Origin: an uncultured bacterium
GTDB taxonomy: Bacteria > Patescibacteriota > Minisyncoccia > Phycocordibacterales > Phycocordibacteraceae
NCBI GenBank assembly: GCA_937879955.1
Contig: CALFMK010000001.1
Span: 442,356-506,355 of the forward strand
Reading direction: 5' to 3'
Length of the DNA: 64,000 nucleotides
Within the stretch, counting starts at the first letter, position 1, and the number at the start of each line of letters is the position of its first letter. The translations under genes were made by a program, and so were the position numbers. Shown one piece after another: positions 47,110 through 56,253 of the stretch. The notes under the pieces are model-generated. The model was given only the letters and a program-made list of their open reading frames with translations. It was not told where the DNA came from and did no database searches.

Positions 47110-49371
47110 ATGAGGAGCCCTCTCTCATTCGTACGGACAGCGATCCTCTCGGCCGCCCTGGTCCTGACACTGTTCGTAGGCGCATTTCCTGCAAATGCTC
47201 AGGTAACATATACCGACAAGCGCGGAGCGTCCTGCACCAGCTCCAGCCGGACGGTGAGCACGACGAACATCTCTACGACTGTATGTACCTTCCCGGACGG
47301 CACGAAAGAGACATGCGAGGTATCAGGATCTTCTGAGATGGGACCGAGTCCCGCGACCTGCGAGACCGTCTATCCGGACGGAAGGACGGTCTCCGGAACC
47401 TATACCGGCATCGTCGATACGAGCTGCGAGAAGGACGCGGACGGGAAGTGCAAGGAGGGCACGACGCAGGTGAACTCTCCAGCCCTAGGAGCTGCCGTGA
47501 ATGCGGTCGTGGACACCGCGAGCGACATAGTCGTGAAGCCGGTTATCTCGTTCGTTCTCGGCTTCGCTACTTTCATGCTCGGTATCGCGGGCGTGTTCTT
47601 CAACCAGGTCATGATAAAGACGGTGTTCCAGTTCAGCACGTACTTCGGCTCCTCCGAAGGACTCCTGACCGCATGGGGCGTCATGCGCGACGTCGCGAAC
47701 ATCGGCCTCCTGTTCGGTTTCATATTCATGGGAGTCCTGCTAATACTCAATGTCGACGGGGGAGGGCATGGCCACGGGCATGGCGGCGGCATCAGCGCGA
47801 AGCGCGCCATCCCGCGCCTCATTATCTTCGCCGTCCTCCTGAACTTCAGTCTCTTCGCGTCCCAGGCGGTCATCGACGTCTCGAACGCGTTCGCGTCCAC
47901 CTTCACGACCCTCGCCGGCGCAGCCTGCGATGATAATGCATCCGCGACAGACGGGGACAACGCCTGCGCGAATGTCGGTATCGCAGGAAAGGTGATGCAG
48001 CTGGCCGGCATAGCCACCATCTGGAACCCTGACATCGATGCAAGCCCTACGGTACTTCTCGGGCTTACCATATTCGTCCTAATAACGATGGTCGTGCTCC
48101 TTGCGGCAGGTCTCATGCTCGTATTCCGCGTCGTGGTACTCACCATGCTCATGGTCACGTCTCCGATCGGCTTCGCCGGCATGGTCATACCGGGCCTACA
48201 AGGGCTCGCGAGCCGCTGGTGGCACATGCTCATATCGCAGTCCTTCTTCGCCCCGGTGATGCTCCTCCTCGTGTTCATAAGCCTCAAGATGGCAGAGTCC
48301 CTGAATCCGAACGGCGCGCCGCTCGTGGACGCGTTCGCCGGAGCGAACACCACCATGGCCGGGAACCTCGAGGTGCTCGTCGTATTCGCGGTCGTCATCG
48401 GTCTCATGATCAGCTCGCTCATCGTTGCCGCGAAGATGGGCGCGACAGGCGCATCGTTTGCGACCAATACGGCAAGCGCGGTCACGTTCGGCGCCCTTAC
48501 GCGCGTCACGAATGCCAGTGTCGGAGGCACCGCGCGCGGGCTGCGTGCAGCGCAGCAGAGCCAGTGGGCAAGCAGGGTAGGGACCCGCGTGCTCGGCGTA
48601 CGCGGCGCTGCCGTAGCGGGCAAGGTTGGCGAAGTCGCCGTGAACCGGGTGCTCCGTCCGGTCGAGAAGGCGAACATGGATGTGCGGCGCGCGCCTGGCA
48701 TGGGGGCGATCCTCGGCGCAGCCGGCGTTACCGCAGGCGCGAAGCCCGCAGAGCACGCGACATACGGCGACATGGCGCATCAGGTCACCGATATCCGCGG
48801 CGGCGCAGGCGGCAAGAAGCTTGAGGCCGAATACAAGAAGGAGGTCAAGTACGCATCGCTCGAGGGCCTCGCACACGATGACAAGCTCAATGAGGATACC
48901 GCAGAGGCGAAGGAGGCCCGGAAGCTCCTCACGTCGCTCTCGACGAAGGAGCTCGAGGCGCTCCACGGCATCCAGGAGGGTGTCTCTCAGATGGCACAGA
49001 ACCTCACGCCCGAGCAGCTCGAGAATCTCCAGAAGAGCGACAAGCTCGATGACGGACAGAAGCGTACGCTCAAGGAGAAGTACGAGGAGAAGTTCGCCGG
49101 CGACAACGCGAAGCGAACGATTCCAGGTATGAATGCCGAAGGTATCGCGAAGCTCGGCGGGGGTACCGTTTCGAAAACAGAGGTACTTGGGACCATGACT
49201 GGCCGTCAGCTCGCCGCGATCAATCCGGACAAGCTGAACGCTACTCAACTCGCGACTGTACAGGCATATATCAAGAGTCAGCGCACAGCGGGCACTCCTG
49301 CCGGGAAGGAATTCGAAATGCTCCTTATCGGGAACCCAAAGACGAAGGAGCGGTGGGGAGGCTTGGTATAA
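47110..49371 (+). CDS. VirB6/TrbL-like polytopic membrane protein
   Basis: Signal peptide, Cys-containing N-domain, WGVMRDVANI, LIIFAVLLNFSLF, RVVVLTMLMVTSPIGFAG..WW, Gly/Ala-rich then charged C-terminal tail. Confidence 0.72.
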   Translation: MRSPLSFVRTAILSAALVLTLFVGAFPANAQVTYTDKRGASCTSSSRTVSTTNISTTVCTFPDGTKETCEVSGSSEMGPSPATCETVYPDGRTVSGTYTGIVDTSCEKDADGKCKEGTTQVNSPALGAAVNAVVDTASDIVVKPVISFVLGFATFMLGIAGVFFNQVMIKTVFQFSTYFGSSEGLLTAWGVMRDVANIGLLFGFIFMGVLLILNVDGGGHGHGHGGGISAKRAIPRLIIFAVLLNFSLFASQAVIDVSNAFASTFTTLAGAACDDNASATDGDNACANVGIAGKVMQLAGIATIWNPDIDASPTVLLGLTIFVLITMVVLLAAGLMLVFRVVVLTMLMVTSPIGFAGMVIPGLQGLASRWWHMLISQSFFAPVMLLLVFISLKMAESLNPNGAPLVDAFAGANTTMAGNLEVLVVFAVVIGLMISSLIVAAKMGATGASFATNTASAVTFGALTRVTNASVGGTARGLRAAQQSQWASRVGTRVLGVRGAAVAGKVGEVAVNRVLRPVEKANMDVRRAPGMGAILGAAGVTAGAKPAEHATYGDMAHQVTDIRGGAGGKKLEAEYKKEVKYASLEGLAHDDKLNEDTAEAKEARKLLTSLSTKELEALHGIQEGVSQMAQNLTPEQLENLQKSDKLDDGQKRTLKEKYEEKFAGDNAKRTIPGMNAEGIAKLGGGTVSKTEVLGTMTGRQLAAINPDKLNATQLATVQAYIKSQRTAGTPAGKEFEMLLIGNPKTKERWGGLV

Positions 49372-49383
49372 TCGGTAGCATCC

Positions 49384-50214
49384 ATGCACACCGATCAGGA
49401 AGTCAGTAGAGCATATGATCTCGCGCCGAAGGCGATACAGGACGCATTGAGCGACGGGCCTGCCGTCGACTTCATGGTGAACCTGCAGTCGCGCTACGGT
49501 CTTCATGTCGATGTCGCAGGAAGCATCGTGAGCCGTATACGCGATCTGCTTCTCGGGCTCGCGAACCCTACGGAGTTCCTCGGCGAGCTCATACAGCTCG
49601 GTCTCACCGATACGGTCGCGCGCGCTATCGTAGCCGACCTGAACAAGGAGGTATTCGTCCCGCTTCGCGAGGCGATGCGGAATGCGCCCGAAGAGCCGAA
49701 GGCGGCGGTCGAGCCCATTTCCGTACCTCAGCAATCACTGAGCCCTAAGGAGACCGTTCCTGCACCGACGCTCGCGTACGAGCCTAGGCCTGCGCCCGTA
49801 ACGCTTCCAGGCTCTCCGGTAGAAGCGCCGATGCCTGCAGCTCCTGCGTCGTTGCCGACCTATTCAGTGCCGGAGTCCGCACCTGTCGCACCATCCGTGC
49901 CGCATCCTGCATATCCTGCGCCAAGTGCGCCGCAGCCAGGATGGCATTCCGCCGCTGCCGTCCATATCTACGTGCCGAGCCACGGCGTCCCGTTCGAGCA
50001 GATGCATACCCCAGTGCCTATCGAAGCGAAGGAAATAGCTCCTGTTACGGCTCCGCTGTCGTCTGCGCCTACACCCGTTCCCCAGGCCTACGTACCAGCT
50101 CCGGCCATAGCAGCGCCCGAGCCAGTATCTGCTCCCATACCTGCGGCAACTACGCTGGCTCCGGCTCCAATAACCAAGGATTACGCCGCCGATCCGTATC
50201 GCGAACCGATCTAG
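49384..50214 (+). CDS. Hypothetical protein, helical N-domain plus Pro/Ala-rich tail ending DPYREPI
   Basis: Co-oriented ORF within the locus; TATAAT upstream. Confidence 0.75.
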   Translation: MHTDQEVSRAYDLAPKAIQDALSDGPAVDFMVNLQSRYGLHVDVAGSIVSRIRDLLLGLANPTEFLGELIQLGLTDTVARAIVADLNKEVFVPLREAMRNAPEEPKAAVEPISVPQQSLSPKETVPAPTLAYEPRPAPVTLPGSPVEAPMPAAPASLPTYSVPESAPVAPSVPHPAYPAPSAPQPGWHSAAAVHIYVPSHGVPFEQMHTPVPIEAKEIAPVTAPLSSAPTPVPQAYVPAPAIAAPEPVSAPIPAATTLAPAPITKDYAADPYREPI

Positions 50215-50277
50215 GGCGCGCTCGCGCCTGTCCACACGCCAGGTGCCCGCGATTGTCGGAGCTGCTATGCTTTCCGC

Positions 50278-50874
50278 ATGAACGGATACGAATCAGTAGC
50301 GAGGAGGGAGGAGCGCGAACCCTCCGAGAGGGAGGAAGAAGCGGTCGGAACGGGCTCGTTCGAGCCGGTATATCCGCCACCACCCACATCCGAGGAGATA
50401 GCGAGGAAGGAAGCGCTCATAGCCGGCATGCACAGGCCTGAGGCGGCTAACGACAACCAGTTCGCTGCGAATGATAACGAGACGGCGATACATCCGACAC
50501 AGGCGAGCGAGCGCGGACACGCGGAGATTCATGAGGAGCACGGGAAGCAGGAAACCGCCCATTCTCATGAGGCGGCCGGCGGGGGCGCGGGGGGCAGCGG
50601 AGGAGACCACGGAAGCGAGCACGGCGGTGATAATCACGGAGGGAATGAAGGTGGCGGCCACGGCGGGGACCATGGTCATCATGGCGGACATCACCACGAG
50701 AATCCGTGGATCAAATGGGGGGTGAAGCAGCCGATCGCGATCTTCGGCTTCCTCATCTCGCTCGTCGTCCAGGGCGTGAAGCGCTGGGGCGAGATGGCTG
50801 GGAAGGGCGGAGGTGGCGGAGGGGGTGGCCACGGTGGGGGAGGTGGTGGTCACGGAGGAGGTGGCCATCACTAG
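50278..50874 (+). CDS. Gly/His-rich protein with one hydrophobic segment
   Basis: Acidic N-terminus, two AANDN motifs, GGHGGDHGHHGGHHH, C-terminal poly-Gly/His. Confidence 0.7.
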   Translation: MNGYESVARREEREPSEREEEAVGTGSFEPVYPPPPTSEEIARKEALIAGMHRPEAANDNQFAANDNETAIHPTQASERGHAEIHEEHGKQETAHSHEAAGGGAGGSGGDHGSEHGGDNHGGNEGGGHGGDHGHHGGHHHENPWIKWGVKQPIAIFGFLISLVVQGVKRWGEMAGKGGGGGGGGHGGGGGGHGGGGHH

Positions 50875-50938
50875 CGTCCACACGATTCTCATATGCGAAC
50901 AGGCAGCCGGCATCCGCCGGCTGCTATACTTATAGGCA

Positions 50939-51349
50939 ATGGAGTACCAGGTACCGCAGTTCATCGAGGTTGAGGACAAGATCTTCGGGCCGTTCACGCT
51001 CAAGCAGTTCATCTATATCGCCGGCGGGGTAGGGCTCTGCGCCATCCTCCTCCTCTATCTTCCGCTCATTCTGGGCATCGTACTCGCCGTCCCGGTCGCC
51101 GTGCTCACTGCAGCGCTCGCGTTCTACAAGGTGAACAACAAGCCGTTCGTCGAGATAATCGAGGCCGCTTTCACCTATTACATCGGCGACCGCCTCTATC
51201 TCTGGAAGAAGGAGAAGAACGCTCCGTCCGCTCCTGCGCCCGTGACAAAGCCGGCCGATCCGACGAAGCTCGGTCTCACCCAGAGCAAGCTCAAGGACCT
51301 CGCCTGGTCCCTCGACATCAAGGACCGGGAAGGGAATAACACGCCGTAG
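50939..51349 (+). CDS. PrgI-family (VirB3-like) protein
   Basis: YQVPQFIEVEDKIFGPFTLKQF, two TM segments, KVNNKPF. Confidence 0.85.
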   Translation: MEYQVPQFIEVEDKIFGPFTLKQFIYIAGGVGLCAILLLYLPLILGIVLAVPVAVLTAALAFYKVNNKPFVEIIEAAFTYYIGDRLYLWKKEKNAPSAPAPVTKPADPTKLGLTQSKLKDLAWSLDIKDREGNNTP

Positions 51350-51352
51350 ACC

Positions 51353-51982
51353 ATGGCAGCCACCAAGACAACGCAATCGTTCGTACCCGTGAAGGAAGTC
51401 CGCAACGGCGTCATCGTCCTCAAGGATGACGGCTATCGCGGCGTCCTCATGTGCTCGTCCATAAACTTCGCGCTCAAGGGCGAGGACGAGCAGCGCGCGA
51501 TCATCGGCGGGTTCCAGAGCCTCCTGAACACGCTCGATTTCTCGATACAGATCGTGGTGCATTCCCGCAAGACCGACATCCGGCCGTATCTCGCCCTGCT
51601 CGAGACGCGCATGCAGGATCAGACCACCGAGCTCATGCGGCTCCAGCTGCGCGAGTACATCGCCTTCATCCGGAACTTCATCGACTCGAGCGACATCATG
51701 ACCAAGATGTTCTACGTCGTCGTGCCGTACGCGCCGAGCGCGGGAGTCTCGATAAAGAACGCACCCTTCCTTGGCGGACGCCCGTCGGGCGTCTCGAGCA
51801 CGAGCAGCGACCCGTTCGAGGAGCATCGCGTGCAGCTCGAGCAGCGCATGGCGCTCGTGGTGTCCGGACTCGCGTCAAGCGGCGTGCGCGCCGTGCCGCT
51901 CGGCACCGAGGAGGTCATCGAGCTCCTGTACCGCTCCTTCAACCTCTCGGAGCTCGAGAACCCTATCCACCTCAACGCATAA
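51353..51982 (+). CDS. VirB4/TraC N-terminal-like protein
   Basis: SINFALKGEDEQRAI..FQSLLNTLDFSIQI..SRK, FYVVVPY; lies between PrgI and VirB4. Confidence 0.72.
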   Translation: MAATKTTQSFVPVKEVRNGVIVLKDDGYRGVLMCSSINFALKGEDEQRAIIGGFQSLLNTLDFSIQIVVHSRKTDIRPYLALLETRMQDQTTELMRLQLREYIAFIRNFIDSSDIMTKMFYVVVPYAPSAGVSIKNAPFLGGRPSGVSSTSSDPFEEHRVQLEQRMALVVSGLASSGVRAVPLGTEEVIELLYRSFNLSELENPIHLNA

Positions 51983-51985
51983 CCT

Positions 51986-53812
51986 ATGGCGCTCCTCGAT
52001 TTCCTCGGAAAGAACAAGAAGGACGACGCGGCTCCGTCGGTGGCGCCCGTGCTGCCGAAGGACATCTACGCGGAAGGGGAGCTGCGTCTCGCGGACGCCA
52101 TCGCGCCGGCGGCGCTCAAGGTCGGCGCGCGCGAGCTCGAGCTGGGCGAGAAGGTCTCGCGCTCGTTCTACACGATCTCGTACCCGCGCTTCCTCGTGGA
52201 CAGCTGGTTCACCCCGATCATCAACCTCGACAAGGTCTTCGACGTCTCCATCTTCGTGCATCCGGTAGAGACCGGGTCCGCGCTCCGCGGCTTCCAGAAG
52301 AAGGTGGCCGAGATCGAGAGCCAGATAGCCGACAGGGAAGAGAAGGGGTTAGTGCGCGACCCGATGCTTGATACCGCGTACCGCGACCTCGAGCAGCTGC
52401 GCGACCAGCTCCAGCAAGCGGAGGAGCACATCTTCGAGGTAGGTCTCTACATAACCCTCTACGGGAACAATAAGGATGAGCTCGACAAGATCGAGGCGGA
52501 CGTGCGCGGCATCCTCGACTCGAAGCTCGTGTATACGAAGCCGGCCCTCTTCCAGCAGGAGCAGGGCTTCCGCTCCACGCTCCCGATCGCGACCGACGAG
52601 CTCCAGGTGACGAGCAAGCTCAATTCCTCGCCGCTCTCCTCCATATTCCCGTTCGTCTCCTTCGACCTCACGAGCGACCGCGGCATCCTCTACGGCATCA
52701 ACCGCCATAACGCGTCGCTTATCCTTTTCGACCGGTTCTCCCTCGAGAACTACAACTCCGTGGTCTTCGCGAAGTCCGGATCCGGAAAGTCCTACGCCGT
52801 GAAACTCGAGGTGCTCCGCTCGCTCATGTTCGGCACGGACGTGATCGTCATCGACCCTGAGCGCGAGTACGAGAACCTCGCTGCCGCCACCGGAGGCCGC
52901 ACCTTCAACATCTCGCTCTCATCCGAGCACCACATCAACCCGTTCGACCTGCCGCCGGTGAAGGAGGACGAGGAGCCGTCCGACATCCTCCGCTCGAGCA
53001 TTATCAACCTCGTCGGCCTCTTCCGCCTCATGCTCGGCGGGCTCACGCCCGAGGAGGACGCCATCATCGACCGCGCCATCACGGAGACCTACGCGCTCAA
53101 GGATATCACCGGAGACAGCGACTTCACCGGCATCGAGCCGCCGCTCCTCTCCGATTTCGAGAACGTGCTCTCGGGCATGGAGGGTTCCGAGTCGCTCGTC
53201 ATCCGCCTTTCCAAATACACGCACGGGACCTGGGCCGGATTCATAAACCAGCCGACCAACGTCGATATCAACAAGCAGTTCATCGTCTTCTCGGTGCGCG
53301 ACATGGAGGACGAGCTCAAGCCGATCGCGATGTACATCATCACGCACTACATCTGGAACGCGGTCCGCCACGAGCTCAGGAAGCGACTCCTCGTCATCGA
53401 CGAGGCATGGTGGATGATGAAGTCGGAGGACACCGCGTCCTTCCTCTACAGCCTCGCCAAGCGCGGCCGCAAGTACTATCTCGGCGTCGCGACCATCACC
53501 CAGGATGTGGAGGACTTCCTTCGCTCGCCGTACGGCCGTCCGATCCTCACGAACTCATCGATGCAGCTCCTCCTCAAGCAGTCCCCGACGACGATCAACG
53601 TCCTCAAGGAGACGTTCAACCTCACCGAGGAGGAGAAGTTCCTCCTGCTCGAGTCCGGGGTGGGGGAGGGTCTCTTCTTCGCGGGCCTCAAGCACGTCGC
53701 CATCAAGGTCGTCGCGTCCTATACCGAGGACCAGATCATCACGTCGGACCCGAGCCAGCTCCTGCAGATAAAGCGCGAGAAGGAGCGCAACGACGCAGGG
53801 CTCGCGGTCTAG
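51986..53812 (+). CDS. VirB4-like T4SS ATPase
   Basis: GILYGIN, Walker A AKSGSGKS, IDPEREY, INPFD, Walker B LLVIDEAW, KRGRKY, TQDVEDF. Confidence 0.92.
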   Translation: MALLDFLGKNKKDDAAPSVAPVLPKDIYAEGELRLADAIAPAALKVGARELELGEKVSRSFYTISYPRFLVDSWFTPIINLDKVFDVSIFVHPVETGSALRGFQKKVAEIESQIADREEKGLVRDPMLDTAYRDLEQLRDQLQQAEEHIFEVGLYITLYGNNKDELDKIEADVRGILDSKLVYTKPALFQQEQGFRSTLPIATDELQVTSKLNSSPLSSIFPFVSFDLTSDRGILYGINRHNASLILFDRFSLENYNSVVFAKSGSGKSYAVKLEVLRSLMFGTDVIVIDPEREYENLAAATGGRTFNISLSSEHHINPFDLPPVKEDEEPSDILRSSIINLVGLFRLMLGGLTPEEDAIIDRAITETYALKDITGDSDFTGIEPPLLSDFENVLSGMEGSESLVIRLSKYTHGTWAGFINQPTNVDINKQFIVFSVRDMEDELKPIAMYIITHYIWNAVRHELRKRLLVIDEAWWMMKSEDTASFLYSLAKRGRKYYLGVATITQDVEDFLRSPYGRPILTNSSMQLLLKQSPTTINVLKETFNLTEEEKFLLLESGVGEGLFFAGLKHVAIKVVASYTEDQIITSDPSQLLQIKREKERNDAGLAV

Positions 53813-53815
53813 CGT

Positions 53816-54289
53816 ATGCAGCAGCGGATAGGGAACGTCACGGCAGGAGCGATCATCGCGATCGCCCTGATCATCGACGGCCTCCAGTTCCTGCTCACCC
53901 TCACGGTCGTAGGGTCCATCATCGCCGCGGCCATGACCTTCCTCGCCGGATTCGGCTTCTGGCTCTGGTTCTCCATCCTCGGCGTGAAGTACATGGGCAA
54001 GGAAGGGAACAAGAAGCTCCTCATAAGCCTCACGGCGTTCATCACGGAGCTTATTCCTATCGTGGACGCGCTCCCCGCGACCACGCTCGGCGTCGTACTG
54101 ATCATCATCCAGACGCGCATTGAGGACGCCCGGGCGAACGCTGGGAAGAAGGTGACGCAGCGGACCGCGCTCGCGGCGGTACGCAGCCAGAAGATGCAAG
54201 CCGCGAGGGCCCAGAGAGCGGACGCGGCACGCGCATCTAGGGAAGAGGCGCAGCAGGCGCGCCACGCGCCAGCGAACGAGACTGCGTAG
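53816..54289 (+). CDS. Small membrane protein
   Basis: Three to four hydrophobic segments, ELIPIVDALP motif, basic C-terminal tail. Confidence 0.75.
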   Translation: MQQRIGNVTAGAIIAIALIIDGLQFLLTLTVVGSIIAAAMTFLAGFGFWLWFSILGVKYMGKEGNKKLLISLTAFITELIPIVDALPATTLGVVLIIIQTRIEDARANAGKKVTQRTALAAVRSQKMQAARAQRADAARASREEAQQARHAPANETA

Positions 54290-54343
54290 CCATACCCACG
54301 CCCAGTGAGGGAAGTAGCGCATCGCACGGTATATACTGTGTCC

Positions 54344-55330
54344 ATGACACGTACCGTGCTTCTCATGCTGCTCCTGCTCGCGGGCTCCGTCGCGCCGGTC
54401 GCGCTCGCGCAGGGCCTCCCAAGCGACGACCCGCTCACGGTATCCATAGCCCCGTCGTATCCGCGCCCGTACCAGACCGTCACCGTGACCCCAGGAAGCA
54501 CGCTTCTCGATCTCTCGTCGAGCAAGGTGAAGGTGTCCGTGAACGGCACGAACGTGTATGAAGGGAGCGGCACCCAGCCGACGAACGTGCGGGCGGGCGG
54601 GCTCGGCGAGAAAACGACCGTCGTCGTGACGGTGACCGATCCTGCGGGCGGGACCTACACGAAGACGCAGGTCATCCGGCCTGCCGAGGTGTCCCTCGTC
54701 ATGGAACCGGCGTCGACCGTGCATCCCTTCTATCAGGGAGGGGCACTCGTCGCGTCCGAGGGCCGCGTGCGTCTCGTAGCGGTCGCGGACCTGAGGAGCG
54801 CGCCGGGTACCCGTCTCCCGGCTTCCTCGCTCGTCTATACCTGGCGACTCGGCGACCGCGTCCTTACGGATGCCTCGGGAATCGGGCGCACGACCCTCAT
54901 AGCGACTGCGCCCGTACGCTATCGCAACGCCGACATCACCGTGACCGTGACGAGTCCGGACAGCGCGCTCGTAGGAGAGGCCGTGACGCGCATCGCGGCC
55001 ACCGACCCGGTCGTACGCATCTACCGCAACGACCCGCTGCTCGGCCCGAACTTCGACGTCGCGCTCTCTAATCGATTCTCCATGCCTGATACCGAGGCCA
55101 CCTTCCGCGCCGTCGGCTACTTCTTCGCCGTGCCGCCCGCGTTCGCCTGGGCGGTGAACGGTACCCCGAACGGGACCGATAAGGACATCACGGTCCGCGC
55201 GACCGGAAGTGGGCAGGGGACCGCGCGTCTCGATCTCACGGCGACCGAGACGGCGAGCCGCCGTAACGCGGAGAGCCAGGTCACAATCGACTTCGGCTCC
55301 GCTACCGGCTTCGGGTTCTTCGGCCTCTAA
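54344..55330 (+). CDS. Secreted beta-rich (Ig-like) protein
   Basis: Signal peptide (ALA|Q); Thr/Val-rich beta strands; YTW and AW motifs. Confidence 0.72.
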   Translation: MTRTVLLMLLLLAGSVAPVALAQGLPSDDPLTVSIAPSYPRPYQTVTVTPGSTLLDLSSSKVKVSVNGTNVYEGSGTQPTNVRAGGLGEKTTVVVTVTDPAGGTYTKTQVIRPAEVSLVMEPASTVHPFYQGGALVASEGRVRLVAVADLRSAPGTRLPASSLVYTWRLGDRVLTDASGIGRTTLIATAPVRYRNADITVTVTSPDSALVGEAVTRIAATDPVVRIYRNDPLLGPNFDVALSNRFSMPDTEATFRAVGYFFAVPPAFAWAVNGTPNGTDKDITVRATGSGQGTARLDLTATETASRRNAESQVTIDFGSATGFGFFGL

Positions 55331-55335
55331 TACCT

Positions 55336-56250
55336 ATGAAATACCTCTCTTTCCTTACGCTCCTCATCCTGTTCCCGGCGCTCGCGCTCGCCGCGACGAC
55401 GACGGACACCTCCTTCGTACCGCTCACCAATATCCCGGCCCTATTCGAGACCGGCAACCAGTTCAATCTCCAGGATTTCCTCAACGGCCTGTACCGGATA
55501 TGCATCGGCGCAGCGGCCGTCATCGCGGTCCTCCAGATCATGCGCGCGGGCATCATGTACATGGGAGGGGACAGCGTCACCGAGAAGAAGGAGGCGCGCA
55601 ACCTCATCGGCCTCGCCATCGGCGGTCTCATCCTCGTGCTGTCGCCGGTTATCGTCTTCTCGATAATCAATCCTGAGATCCTGTCGCTTCAGATCGGCGG
55701 CATCGACAAGCTGCAGACCGCTGACGACATGGGTGGATCGAACGTCTGTACCCCCGCATGCACGGGAGGGAACAGGTGCATGAGCGGACAGTGCGTCCCG
55801 CCCAACGACGGGGACGGCACCTGCAAGGCGGACTGCGTCGCCGGACGGGTCTGCAAGGCAGGCGCCTGCGTCGCGGTATCCGCCGAGAGCTGCACGTCTA
55901 CCATAGCGAACGGCGCGCCGGTGAAGACCATAGCGCAGCAGAACTGCTGCGCTATACAGACCGGGTGCAAGGTAACCATAGGTACCGGAGGCGCGTTCGC
56001 GGATCCAGTATGCTCCTGCTCGCCGACCGGCGCGATAGAATACGGATGGAGGTACACCGCCTTGTATAACGATAATGGCAGCCTCAAGACGGGAACCTTC
56101 AAGAAGGGACCCTTCACGTCTAACGAGAGCTGCGTGGCGTCGCTCACCGCATTCAAGAAGGAATACGACCCGAAGACCGGGGATAATTACACGAGAGAGT
56201 GCGACTGCGGACGCCCGCTCTCCGACCAGCAAGGATGCAGTCCTTTCTAG
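55336..56250 (+). CDS. VirB2/TrbC-like T4SS pilin with a Cys-rich C-terminal domain
   Basis: Signal peptide; two-TM hairpin IGAAAVIAVLQIMRAGIMYM..KKEARNLIGLAIGGLILVL..IINP; 18 Cys in the C-terminal part. Confidence 0.75.
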   Translation: MKYLSFLTLLILFPALALAATTTDTSFVPLTNIPALFETGNQFNLQDFLNGLYRICIGAAAVIAVLQIMRAGIMYMGGDSVTEKKEARNLIGLAIGGLILVLSPVIVFSIINPEILSLQIGGIDKLQTADDMGGSNVCTPACTGGNRCMSGQCVPPNDGDGTCKADCVAGRVCKAGACVAVSAESCTSTIANGAPVKTIAQQNCCAIQTGCKVTIGTGGAFADPVCSCSPTGAIEYGWRYTALYNDNGSLKTGTFKKGPFTSNESCVASLTAFKKEYDPKTGDNYTRECDCGRPLSDQQGCSPF

Positions 56251-56253
56251 ACC

